The notes under the pieces are model-generated. The model was not told where the DNA came from. It made no database searches and saw only the letters and a list, made by a program, of their open reading frames with translations. Shown here piece after piece: positions 1 through 10,928 of a DNA stretch of 39,145 nt. The position numbers were made by a program, and so were the translations under genes. Origin of the DNA: Octopus bimaculoides (Eukaryota); the NCBI RefSeq assembly GCF_001194135.2, contig NC_068984.1, forward strand, positions 117,313,378 through 117,352,522, written 5' to 3'. Each line of letters begins with the position of its first letter. Within the stretch, counting starts at the first letter, position 1.

Positions 1-45
<45 letters not shown>

Positions 46-156
46 ACACACACACATATACATATAACGAATGAGAAACAGAAAATGGAATATACAAGAA
101 ACTTTATTGCTTACAGCAATCCTTTCAACCTATCTTGCAGCAAACCATTGCATGTA

Positions 157-214
<58 letters not shown>

Positions 215-300
215 ATATATATATATATACATGTATGTGTGTATGTGTATACATACACATACATATATGATGTATATATATATATATACATATATACACA
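1..300. repeat. Compound (TA)n/(CA)n/(TG)n microsatellite region
   Basis: Direct dinucleotide runs at 1-60 and about 145-300; they generate the YIYI/CVCV pseudo-ORFs. Confidence 0.95.
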
Positions 301-304
301 TGTA

Positions 305-410
305 CATGATGGCTTTCGGCACAGTTTCTGTTGACCAAAATTCACTCACTAGCAGCCTGAGGCTATGTGAGAAACTACTTGCTCCACCTGGCTTGCACAG
401 TATGACTATG
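305..410 (-). mobile_element. Diverged head fragment of SINE family A
   Basis: Weak match to the reverse complement of the 1000-1185 copy (cagtttctgttgaccaaaattcactcac...gaggctat...acttgc). Confidence 0.4.
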
Positions 411-999
411 ACAAGACAGAACGAATGTAACTTCAACCTCTTTAATAAGAAACCTGTTTGGTCAAAGGTGACCCACAGCAAATGGAACAACAACAACAAC
501 AAACAAAACTTCATTCTAAGGTATTTATCATCTCATATGTTAATACACTTGGCCACTTAGGGATTAATAAAAAAAACGTTTTTGATCATGGACACGACAC
601 AATACCCTTGATGGAAACCCAACGATAGATTCTTCAGATGTCATGAGACATATATATATAGATACATCTCCAGTTAAGATATGATATCAAGTGCCAATCC
701 CCACAGCTCAGCTATCATGAGAGGTACTGAGAAACGCAAAATACCAGTCACTCAGAGTTATATTTAGTGTTTTCAAAGCCATCTATAGTTACTTTCAGCT
801 TAGCACAACATAAGAGAGATAAAGTAGTTCTATATAGTAGTTTATTGAACTTTTGACTATTTCTAAGTAGGGTTTATTTATAGCACTGGTATTTAGCAGA
901 TAAGGTGATATTGTGATTTAATCTAGAGATGAAAAGGAGAAGAAAAAAAAGAAGAAACAATGAAATCATGCATATACACACTTATAAACACATATATTT

Positions 1000-1185
1000 A
1001 GGAGTGGCTGTGTGGTAAGCAGCTTGCTTACCAACCACATGGTTCCGGGTTCAGTCCCACTGCATGGCACCGGGTTCAGTCCCACTGCATGGCACCTTGG
1101 GCAAGTGTCTTCTACTATAGCCTCGGGCCGACCAAAGCCTTGTGAGTGGATTTGGTAGATGGAAACTGAAAGAAGCCCGTTGTAT
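1000..1185 (+). mobile_element. tRNA-derived SINE family A, head (CORE-like ccttgggcaagtgtctt; possibly octopus OR2-type)
   Basis: A-box-like tgtgtggtaag and B-box gggttcagtccc; same sequence recurs at about 19170, 21690 and 38668. The OR2/CORE assignment is from memory and unverified. Confidence 0.85.
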
Positions 1186-1731
1186 ATATATATGTGTGTA
1201 TATNNNNNNNNNNNNNNNNNNNNNNNNNNNNNNNNNNNNNNNNNNNNNNNNNNNNNNNNNNNNNNNNNNNNNNNNNNNNNNNNNNNNNNNNNNNNNNNNN
1301 NNNNNNNNNNNNNNNNNNNNNNNNNNNNNNNNNNNNNNNNNNNNNNNNNNNNNNNNNNNNNNNNNNNNNNNNNNNNNNNNNNNNNNNNNNNNNNNNNNNN
1401 NNNNNNNNNNNNNNNNNNNNNNNNNNNNNNNNNNNNNNNNNNNNNNNNNNNNNNNNNNNNNNNNNNNNNNNNNNNNNNNNNNNNNNNNNNNNNNNNNNNN
1501 NNNNNNNNNNNNNNNNNNNNNNNNNNNNNNNNNNNNNNNNNNNNNNNNNNNNNNNNNNNNNNNNNNNNNNNNNNNNNNNNNNNNNNNNNNNNNNNNNNNN
1601 NNNNNNNNNNNNNNNNNNNNNNNNNNNNNNNNNNNNNNNNNNNNNNNNNNNNNNNNNNNNNNNNNNNNNNNNNNNNNNNNNNNNNNNNNNNNNNNNNNNN
1701 NNNNNNNNNNNNNNNNNNNNNNNNNNNNNNN

Positions 1732-1767
<36 letters not shown>

Positions 1768-1793
1768 CTTGCCTGCCTGCCTGCCTGCCTGCC
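1732..1793. repeat. (CCTG)n tetranucleotide microsatellite
   Basis: Direct repeat run adjoining the 1204-1731 gap. Confidence 0.95.
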
Positions 1794-2209
1794 TATGCAT
1801 TGGTGCATGCAAATCAAAAACAAAAACAAAAATAAAAACAAGAAGAACAAAAGATAAAGGGACATACACAGTGAGTGTATTAGATTGATGCTTAGTTTTT
1901 AAGATGGTAAAAAGGCTGGGGTTGATGTTCCAAGCATAGCTTTACATCAGAGAGAGGAAAAGTCCAGAGGGAAGGAAAAGGGTAGTCCAAGAAAAGCAAT
2001 TGTGTAGTTACTACGTACAGTAGTGTAGCTAGAGTATGTGCTGCCCGAGGCAACCCTTCAGTTTGCTGCCCTCGGGCCCCCCACAATAATACATGCAAGA
2101 CTTAGACATGTAAGAAGAATGTTGCTCTCATAGGTTGCCAGCAGAGAATAGCCATTTGTTCCTCAGCAACTATGGTCTATTCATCTGACTTATCTCTTCT
2201 TAATGAGGA

Positions 2210-2529
2210 GCACTCCGTCGGTTACAACGATGAGGGTCCCAGCTGATACGATCAACGGAACAGCCTACTCGTGAAATTAACGTGCAAGTGGCTGAGCACT
2301 CCACAGATATGTGTACCCTTAATATAGTTCTCAGGGAGATTCAGCGTGATACAGAGTGTGACAAGGCTGGCCCTTTGAAATGCAGGTCCTACTCATTTTT
2401 GCCAGCTGAGTGGACTGGAGCAACATGAAATAAAGTGTCTTGCTCAAGGACACAATGCGTTGCCAGGAATTGAACTCACAACCTTACAATCGTGAGCTGA
2501 ATTCCCTAACCACTAAGTCATGTGCCTTC
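2210..2529 (-). mobile_element. tRNA-derived SINE with family-B 3' half and a different head/central domain
   Basis: 2210-2375 matches the family-B tail (gcactccgtcggttac...ctggccctttgaaat); 2380-2529 carries gtgtccttgagcaagacactttatttc and A/B boxes on the minus strand. Confidence 0.8.
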
Positions 2530-2865
2530 TCTCTTCATCTCTTCCTAATAAATACTTAATAAATACCAAGTTTTATATTTTCTTCTTCTTTGTAATTCAA
2601 AACTACTAGAAATACTAACCAAAGCTCCCTCAAATCAGAATCTACTATATTGAAAATAAATAAATAAATGAAATTGGACAAAATAATCCTGGATATAGGA
2701 AATAGTGGATGATCAAGTCTGAGATCTTTTGTTCGTAAGTAACCTTGATGAGTGTTAACCTTAGACTAAACAATACGATTTGTCTTCAAATCTTTTTTCA
2801 ATACAAGCAAAATCATTGCAATCAGCCCAAACAATTTTTAACTATCTTGAACTGTTATGTTTCAT

Positions 2866-3082
2866 ATTTCTTTATTGCCCACAAGGGGCTAAACATAGAG
2901 GGGACAAACAAGGACAGACAGTGCGTAACAACCCCAGTGCGTAACTGGTACTTAATTTATCGACCCCGAAAGGATGAAAGGCAAAGTCGACCTCGGCGGA
3001 GTTTGAACTCAGAACGTAACAGCAGACGAAATACCGCTATGCATTTCGCCTGGCGTGCTAACGTTTCTGCCAGCTCACCGCC
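2866..3082 (-). mobile_element. SINE family C, well-preserved copy with 19-bp target-site duplication
   Basis: Core gtcgactttgcctttcatcctttcggggtcgataaattaagtaccag on minus; flanks ttgaactgttatgtttcat (2847-2865) and ttgaactgctatgtttcat (3083-3101). Confidence 0.9.
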
Positions 3083-3196
3083 TTGAACTGCTATGTTTCA
3101 TTAAATCCTTCACTCATTTTGCAATATTAAGTTCTTGAGATAAGGCTAGAAAATACTTCATGTGTTATTACCAAATAATTTATTTCAAATTTTACC

Positions 3197-3390
3197 ACAA
3201 ACCCAGAAACTTTGAGGGAAGGGGACAAACCAGTTACATCAACTTGACTGGTACCTTATTTTATCAAACCTGAAAGGATGGAAAGCAAAGTTGACCTCAG
3301 TAAAATCTGAACTCAGAATGTAAACAGTTAGAAGAAATACCACTAAGCACTTTTTCCAATGTGCTGCAGGTTCTGCCAGCCCACTGCTTT
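3197..3390 (-). mobile_element. SINE family C, diverged copy
   Basis: ctggtaccttattttatc...gaaaggatggaaagcaaagttgacctc...gaactcagaatg motif shared with other C copies. Confidence 0.75.
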
Positions 3391-4013
3391 TATTATTCTC
3401 AAATGTTGCATCCCAAAATTACTAGCTGTTTAAAACTTTATAAGTGTCTAGACTGTTTTGTTACAATCATGCCTTGAAGACATATAACAGTTTTAATCAC
3501 TAGGAATGCATAAACCTTACACAAACAGGTTCCAGCTTCAAGTGTGTTGTTTCTTTTTTCTCCCATCTTTACAACCACTACTTTTGAGATCTCTATTCCT
3601 AGGCCCAGCTGACCCCATGCAACCTCCACTAGGGCATTCCTGTCCTCAAGACCAGACTAAGACTTGCAGAGGCCCTAATCACTTAAGAGAATCTGGTGCC
3701 TCCATATATATGTAATTCAAAATATAACAATAAACCATAAAATCGATTTTCATTTTTCAAAATGAAACAAAACTAACAGTAAGATGGAAAATAATATTTA
3801 ATTTATATATGCTTCCACTTTTTTTTCATATTTGTTAAGTTTCTCCTACTTTTTTTTTAAGTGACAAATCTTTGATCAGATCCTCACTATGACTCCATGA
3901 ATACTTCAAAATTATAAGATACAGAAATAATTTATTCTCAAATGCATGACAATGCTAATACAATAGCATGAACAGGATAAACTATCCATATATTGCAGAA
4001 AAAATCATTACCA

Positions 4014-4175
4014 GCCAGCTATGAGACTCAAACTCACATCCCTGTTATTACGCATCAAGTGCTTTACCTTTAAGCTAATCTGCCCAGTAACGAATTTGTT
4101 ACTGGGCAGTTTAGCTTAAAGGTAAGGCACTTGATGCGTCATCACGGGGATGTGAGTTCGAGTCTCATGGCTGGC
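4014..4175. repeat. Inverted repeat of two head-to-head tRNA-like sequences (78-bp arms, 6-nt loop)
   Basis: Arms 4014-4091 and 4098-4175 match at 71/78 positions by manual comparison; each arm has A-box TAGCTTAAAGG and B-box GTT(C/T)GAGTC. Confidence 0.9.
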
Positions 4176-4176
4176 C
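4105..4176 (+). pseudogene. tRNA-like sequence (SINE head or tRNA pseudogene; CGT at the anticodon position, Thr-like)
   Basis: 72-nt cloverleaf layout GGCAGTT TA GCTT..AGGC A CTTGA-TGCGTCA-TCACG GGGAT GTGAG-TTCGAGT-CTCAT GGCTGGC; mismatches in acceptor and anticodon stems and an atypical anticodon loop. Confidence 0.55.
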
Positions 4177-4329
4177 AAAAGTCTTTGGTCTTGGTTAACG
4201 TATGTTGATCATCCTTGTCTTGACATCATATGATGGTTGTTTGATGAGTATCACGATCATATGAGTGATGTCGTTTATTTCTAGCCTTCCATGAAGAACA
4301 TGTCTGGTCATAAAGAAATGTTCTCTTTC

Positions 4330-4449
4330 TTGGAAACAGGTGAAGTTTGATAACTGGAAGGGCATCCAGCTGTAGAAAACTTGTCTCAATGAATCCTATC
4401 TGACCCACACAAGCATTGGAAAAGTGGACGTTGATGATAGTGATAATGG

Positions 4450-4488
<39 letters not shown>

Positions 4489-4505
4489 CGACAATGATGA
4501 TGCCA
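4330..4505 (+). mobile_element. Diverged RTE-tailed SINE (family D) with (GAT)n tail
   Basis: ggaagggcatccagctgtagaaa...ggaaaagtggacgtt followed by (GAT)n. Confidence 0.7.
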
Positions 4506-5339
4506 GTGACAATGACAATACTGATAAACTCTTAGAGAAAAATATTTTTACTGACATAAATTGTCATCATAGAAATTTCTTTTTCTCATTGTAATTTATT
4601 CCATAAGCATATTATTTTTTTATTGCAAATTGTATACACACACTAAACACTGGTTTTAATAAAAATGAAATAGAATTTCATGTTTTTGGAGTTTTTTTTT
4701 TTTATTTAATTTCACAATCTCTTACCACAGAATGTCCTCTGTCAGTGTCTAAAATAAGCTCCTCCAGATGTTTTGTTTTGAAGTTGTATCATCATTATTG
4801 TTTGGTTGCGTATTGTCTTAAATTCTATGGTGATATTATCAGCTGCTAATTAGATCCTAGAATGCTTAACTGTCCATGAGCTGTTTAACAAAGCTTAGTG
4901 GTACCATAATTAAATATTTTACAGACAAAGGCATACTAATGCTGGTAACCATAGCAAGCAGTTGTGTTGGTGGAGTTTTGAAAACAGGTATCATTGTGCA
5001 TGAAGCAGTAGAAGGAATGCACCTATGAAGTTTTGAAATTAAATGATCTTTTATTTGGGGATGTGAGGATGATGTATATTCCATATGGTCTAACTATTAA
5101 ATTTATGATCATTCTTCAGCTTTTACATAATATAAGATAAAAATTGAACCCTGGTGATACTAATGCAAAAAGTATTGCTTTTCCTGTTGCAGGTGTTGTG
5201 ATAACAAACAACCAACATGTATGTTGAAGATATAGATTATATTTTTTTGACCGTTACACATAAAAAAATACTGTTTCATTAATATACAGAAATAAATACA
5301 ACACAGGTGATAAAATCATATTTTATCCATGTACTTTTA

Positions 5340-5585
5340 ATGTTTTTTACTTGTTTCAGAAACTGGACGGCAGCCATACTGGAGCACTGCCTAGAAGGGT
5401 TTTAGTCAAAAGGTTGATGTCAAAGGGTTGAAGGGTTTTAGTCTCTAGTTTTAAGCCTCGTACTTAATCTGTCAGTCTCTTTTGCTGAGCAGCTAAGTTA
5501 CAGGTATGTAAACAAACCAACACTGGTTGTCAAGAATTGGTGAGAGACAAACATAGCACAAACACAAAGAAACACACACACACAC
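5340..5585 (-). mobile_element. SINE family A tail fragment
   Basis: tttacttgtttcag...gccatactggagcactgcc...aaaccaacactggttgtcaag matches the reverse complement of the tail at 21890-22068. Confidence 0.7.
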
Positions 5586-5787
5586 ATATACTGCCTTATT
5601 TATCTTATGGGAGATCTTCAAAAGGTAAACAGTGAGCCACTATAGTTGAGATGAGTTGTTAATGTTTTAGATATATGAATAATATGGTCAGTAGTTCAAC
5701 ATTATCATCTCATGAGCCATTATGATTCATTAAATAATCATATTAATTGTGATAAATGAAATGAGAAACTATTATGTACATTACTCA

Positions 5788-5830
<43 letters not shown>

Positions 5831-5929
5831 TCCTGTTGTCATCTCTACTGCGACTCAATCATTTACCCTGTAAGACTTGCAAATCTTCCTTATCTATAAG
5901 CATGTGTACTCGCTCACATACAAGCCGAA

Positions 5930-6349
5930 ATGCATACATACATACATACATACATACATACACACACAAATACACACACATGCATTCATGCATACATACA
6001 AACATACATACATACATACACACACACAANNNNNNNNNNNNNNNNNNNNNNNNNNNNNNNNNNNNNNNNNNNNNNNNNNNNNNNNNNNNNNNNNNNNNNN
6101 NNNNNNNNNNNNNNNNNNNNNNNNNNNNNNNNNNNNNNNNNNNNNNNNNNNNNNNNNNNNNNNNNNNNNNNNNNNNNNNNNNNNNNNNNNNNNNNNNNNN
6201 NNNNNNNNNNNNNNNNNNNNNNNNNNNNNNNNNNNNNNNNNNNNNNNNNNNNNNNNNNNNNNNNNNNNNNNNNNNNNNNNNCATACATACATACATGCAT
6301 TCATACATACATACACACATACATACATACATACACACACATGCATTCA

Positions 6350-6383
<34 letters not shown>

Positions 6384-6447
6384 CATACATACATACACAT
6401 GCATTCATACATACATACATACACACATACACACATGCATTCATACA

Positions 6448-6481
<34 letters not shown>

Positions 6482-6543
6482 CACATATACACACACATAC
6501 ACACACATGCATTCATACATACATACATACATACATACATACA
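5930..6543. repeat. (CATA)n/(CA)n compound array with recurring atgcatt interruptions (gap 6030-6281 inside)
   Basis: Direct reading; source of the HTYI/CMYV pseudo-ORFs. Confidence 0.95.
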
Positions 6544-6544
6544 T

Positions 6545-6850
6545 CCCAATAAAAACATCAATTTGGTGGAAACATAACACACCTGAGGTTGTTCTTTGGT
6601 TCAAGAAATAAAAGTCATGCACTGTTGTAGAGGTCAGGTGCCCATCAGACTTGACTGTACAATCACAAATCCAAGAAGAACAGACCATTTATGGTGAATT
6701 ACTGTAGAACTTATAGCTTTTGTACTCTGACTATGAACTCTTGTTTGTACCTATCATCATAGGTGTATTAGGTTGTGTACCAACAAATTTGCATAAAAAC
6801 CTAGAAATACTCAGTTTCATGGAAACTAATATGGATTCTTCAAATTCAAT
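6545..6850 (+). mobile_element. Decayed 3' fragment of a restriction-like-endonuclease (R4/Dong-type) non-LTR retrotransposon
   Basis: Translation with stops: PIKTSIWWKHNTPEVVLWFKK*KSCTVVEVRCPSD...YGELL*NL*LLYSDYELLFVPIIIGVLGCVPTNL, matching the RPD/PD-(D/E)xK endonuclease and 'PIIVGALG' C-terminal motif. Confidence 0.75.
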
Positions 6851-7074
6851 CTATTAGTGGCAAAATAAAGATTTGTAAGATGTTCCAAAAATTCTCTATG
6901 CGAGATTCTTATGTGAATAGATGTGCACACTTGGGTGTATACATTAGCAGTTCAAGCAAAGCATCAATTTAACCACATATTTACAAACAACAGGAACTCT
7001 CTTAACTTAAAAAAAGTCTTGTCACTTTGTTAGTGACTGGCTTGAACACTCTAAGAAGAACTTAAATTAAAACC

Positions 7075-7157
7075 AAACACACACACACACACATGCACAC
7101 GGATACACACGCACACACACATGCAAATGCATACACACACATGCACACACACACACG

Positions 7158-7193
<36 letters not shown>

Positions 7194-7204
7194 TNNNNNN
7201 NNNN

Positions 7205-7247
<43 letters not shown>
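7075..7247. repeat. (CA)n microsatellite with 10-N gap
   Basis: Direct reading. Confidence 0.95.
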
Positions 7248-7249
<2 letters not shown>

Positions 7250-7331
7250 TTCATATGTGTGTTGTGATTTCATCGTTAAGGGCATTGTCTATACTAGTAT
7301 GATGATATTCTCATAAGATTTTCATGAATTA

Positions 7332-7748
7332 CCGTAAATCCTCGAGTATAGTCCGCCCTTGAGTATAATACGCAGGGGATTTCTAGGGGGCTGTACCGTT
7401 GAAAAACCTAAACCTTGTGTATAATACGTACCCCTTCTCTAACTTGAGTCAAGGAGGTCTATATAACGTCCTTGGTTTGTAAACGTATATACAGTAACGT
7501 CCTTTATTATTATTGTAATAATGCAAACGTGTAACATTTTTGTGCACTTTGTTGGCAGAAAATAAAGAAATAACAATAATAACGTCAGTGAAAAATAAAT
7601 ATTAAGTATATTGCCTTTACATATATATCACTTAGAAAATTTTGCTTAGAAAATATTTTTCATTTTTAATCTCGTATATAGTACGCACTAGAAATTTTGA
7701 CCTTTAAATTTTGGGAAAAAAGTACGGATTATACTCGAGGATTTCCGG
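7332..7748. mobile_element. 417-bp MITE, Tc1/mariner superfamily (CCGTA-type TIR, Tc2/pogo-like), TA target duplication
   Basis: TA|ccgtaaatcctcgagtatagtccg at the left and cggattatactcgaggatttccgg|TA at the right; internal gtataatacg sub-repeats; no ORF. Confidence 0.85.
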
Positions 7749-7798
7749 TAGTTGGTTAATTCAATATATTTTACCGTAGCTGCTTTGTCGCTTTACAG

Positions 7799-7888
7799 AT
7801 ACTATCTATGTCATCGCTGTCAAGTGTCATGTGCAACTTGATAAAGCAAATAGAAAGCAATCCATCCTCTTTTCTTAATATTGATCAG
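7799..7888 (+). CDS. Candidate internal exon (ILSMSSLSSVMCNLIKQIESNPSSFLNIDQ), product unknown
   Basis: Acceptor gctttgtcgctttacag, donor CAG|gtattt, 90 nt and open in phase 0. A competing minus-strand reading also exists; no homology recognised. Confidence 0.25.
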
Positions 7889-7994
7889 GTATTTGTGCAT
7901 ATTTGTTGATACATGATCTTATGCAACTATGATGATAAGTACAAACGAAAACTCATAGTCAAAGTACAAGAACTGCAAGTTCTGCATTAATGTA

Positions 7995-8452
7995 TGTATG
8001 TGAGAGAGAAGTGCATGCCATCAAAGGGACACAGGGGTGAAATATACGAAGCCCAGTATACCCATCATGACTACCCAACTGATAAGGGTACACCAGGTAC
8101 ATGCATCACAAACATATGTACGCGACATGGTGATTGCATATCAAGATAAACAGCATGTGGCCTTGCAGGGGAGGCCGAGTTAGAATTTTCTTCAGGTTGA
8201 GCAGCCCATCCCAATGAAAAGGTCCCTGAATAAGGCTTGTTTAAGGATGTTGATTGAAACACCCATGTTTCCAAAGGTGAATTATCCAAACCCCAAAGAA
8301 TTCCTCTCAACATGTGGCTATGATGCTCCCCCACTACTTCTGCTCGTGATCAGAGATGCACATATCGTCAGCCACCAAGGGACATGCTCAACTGGTTAAG
8401 GTCAAACAATTGACAAGCAAACCTGTGGGACTGAGCAGAATATGTGCTGTTG
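7995..8452 (-). mobile_element. Interspersed repeat family F, 5'-truncated copy
   Basis: Colinear reverse-complement match to 33592-34137. Confidence 0.85.
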
Positions 8453-9734
8453 CCGTATGTATGTATGTATGTATGTGTGCAGGCATGTGCGCGCGTGTGC
8501 GCATGTTCATGAGTGTGTGTGGGGGTGTGTGTCCCCTTGTCTTGACATTATTTGATAGTTCTAAACATAAATTTTCGCAAAGTCTTTTTGCTAAAAAGAT
8601 GCTCCAGAGCATTTCCAAGGACACCGTGAAAAAAAAAAATCTGAAAAAATCCCCGTCAAAACGGAGAAATTCCAATCTGTTGGTGCTACCCATCTCCGAC
8701 GTCCGCCCAAATCTAAATGTTGTATGGTATTTGATCTGATCAACAGAATTTTGTCAACTAACGTTAGTATGCATGATATGATGCAATGAAATGGTGTCAG
8801 AGACCAGCGTGNNNNNNNNNNNNNNNNNNNNNNNNNNNNNNNNNNNNNNNNNNNNNNNNNNNNNNNNNNNNNNNNNNNNNNNNNNNNNNNNNNNNNNNNN
8901 NNNNNNNNNNNNNNNNNNNNNNNNNNNNNNNNNNNNNNNNNNNNNNNNNNNNNNNNNNNNNNNNNNNNNNNNNNNNNNNNNNNNNNNNNNNNNNNNNNNN
9001 NNNNNNNNNNNNNNNNNNNNNNNNNNNNNNNNNNNNNNNNNNNNNNNNNNNNNNNNNNNNNNNNNNNNNNNNNNNNNNNNNNNNNNNNNNNNNNNNNNNN
9101 NNNNNNNNNNNNNNNNNNNNNNNNNNNNNNNNNNNNNNNNNNNNNNNNNNNNNNNNNNNNNNNNNNNNNNNNNNNNNNNNNNNNNNNNNNNNNNNNNNNN
9201 NNNNNNNNNNNNNNNNNNNNNNNNNNNNNNNATGTAAAGGGGAATAATTAGAAGTGTACTAAAATAGTTGATATTAAAAGACATTGTAAAACCCATGTTA
9301 ATAGGAGAAATTAAAAAATGATATATTATTCATTTCATAAACCAAACATCTCCGGAATAAAATCGTGCCTGCCTGTTTATATAAGATAGTTTTTATTAAT
9401 ATTTAAACAGTACAAAAATAAAAATGGTACACTTTTTTAAGGTAATGAAAATAAATAAATAAATAAAACATGCTGTACGGTAAGGGAGGTAACTCTGCTA
9501 GCAAACTATAAACTATGGAATTTATTTTATCGACTAGGAAGGGATGTCAAAGTGAATCCGGGCAGGATTTAAACCCGGATCATAAAAATAGGGAGCTACG
9601 TACCACAAGACGCTTTGTCCGGCACTATGCAGGTTCTGCCAGTCATATATGATTTTGTAATCTGGTCATCTAAATTCTCTGTATTTCTACATCTGGAACA
9701 TTTTGTCCGAGAATTATTCACTATAGATATATTG

Positions 9735-9952
9735 GTTTCAAATTTTGGCACAACGCCTGCAATTTCGAAGGAGAGGGTAATTTCGATTACATAGACCCTA
9801 GTGTCCAACTGGTACTTTTCTAACCAGTATTCGAAAGGATGAAGGGCAAAATCGACCTTGGCAGAATTTGAACGCAGAATGTAAACACGGACGAAATGCC
9901 ACTAAGCATTTTTTCCCGGTGTGCTAATGGTTCTGCCATCTCACTTCCTCTG
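9735..9952 (-). mobile_element. SINE family C copy (additional short fragment at about 9525-9645)
   Basis: ttggtttcaaattttggcacaacgcctgcaatttcg...gaaaggatgaagggcaaaatcgaccttggcagaatttgaac. Confidence 0.8.
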
Positions 9953-9969
9953 TTTAATATAGAAATATT

Positions 9970-10336
9970 GTTGGCACTCCGTCGCTTACGACGTCGAGGG
10001 TTCCAGTTGATCTGATCAACGGAACAGCCTGAAATTAACGTGCAAGTGGCTGAGCACTCCACAGACACGTGTACCCTTAACGTAGTTCTCGGGGATATTC
10101 AGCGTGACACAGTGTAACAAGGCTGACCCTTTGAATTACAGGTACAACAGAAACAGGAAGAAAGAGTGAGTGGTGAAAGAGTACAGCAGCGTTCGCCACC
10201 ATCCCACTGCCGGAGCCTTGTGGAGCTTTAGGTGCTTTCACTCAATAAACACTCACAACGCCCGGTCTGGGAATCGAAACCGTGATCCTATGACCGCGAG
10301 TTCGCTGCCCTAACCACTGGGCCATTGCGCCTCTAC
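9970..10336 (-). mobile_element. Full-length tRNA-derived SINE family B (TCG/Arg-like head) with 11-bp TSD
   Basis: TSD atagaaatatt at 9959-9969 and 10337-10347; near-identical to copies at 23152, 25945 and 26666. Confidence 0.92.
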
Positions 10337-10928
10337 ATAGAAATATTAACATGCGTTTTACAGGCATGATAGACCAAGATATGACATGAAAATCATGATT
10401 GTCAATGAAAGGATGGCAAAGGTTTCGTTCTTGTCCTCCTCTTTTGAAAATTTTGCTTTTGGAAAAATATTATGAATGATATTCTCTTGATAATTATAAA
10501 TTCCTGATAGACTGAATCCATTACCTATTTTGAATACTGTTACTAAAACTCCTCATATTACATTACAGTTATTTTTCTCTTTGAAAAACCTTTCTTATTA
10601 TTTTGTTATTCTTATTATTTTAAGCTATCCACATCAGTTGTTAGCTGTCAGGATACTGCATCCTTCCTGAAATTTGCCAACCCCGTTCCCTTTCCTCTTT
10701 ATGGCACTTTTACTGTTTCTGTTTCAGTCTTTATGTATTTCTGTATTGTGCCTGTAATTTTGGCTGTTATTTCTGTCATCCTTTACTTGATTTATTGCTA
10801 CTTTTTGTCCCTTCTTGTATCTTTTTCTCACAAGCTGTAGTGCATCTGAGCTCTGTGTACAATAAGCTTATTATTATTATTCTAAAGATATGGGTTTTAT
10901 CAAGCTGTTTTGTTCTAGATATAGTGAA

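Noticed and set aside
71-560. Six overlapping ORFs rich in YI/CV/HT, with similar sets at 7051-7302, 20516-21108 and 24167-24613
   Set aside because: Translations of dinucleotide repeats that lack stop codons.
966-1888. Long ORFs (200-299 aa) spanning N-gaps here and at 5836-6611, 8754-9296, 22365-22666, 29695-30113, 31342-31701 and 35380-36091
   Set aside because: They stay open only because N codons are not stops; the flanks are microsatellite translations (LPAC, HTYI, poly-K/S).
3438-3660. WGQLGLG motif suggesting an RCC1 repeat
   Set aside because: Lacks the upstream GxNxx and the rest of the RCC1 blade; a single short motif is expected by chance.
10625-10850. Long hydrophobic + frame (…FMYFCIVPVILAVISVILYLIYCYFLSLLVSF…) resembling a transmembrane exon
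   Set aside because: T-rich DNA gives hydrophobic translations by composition; no donor, no recognisable family.
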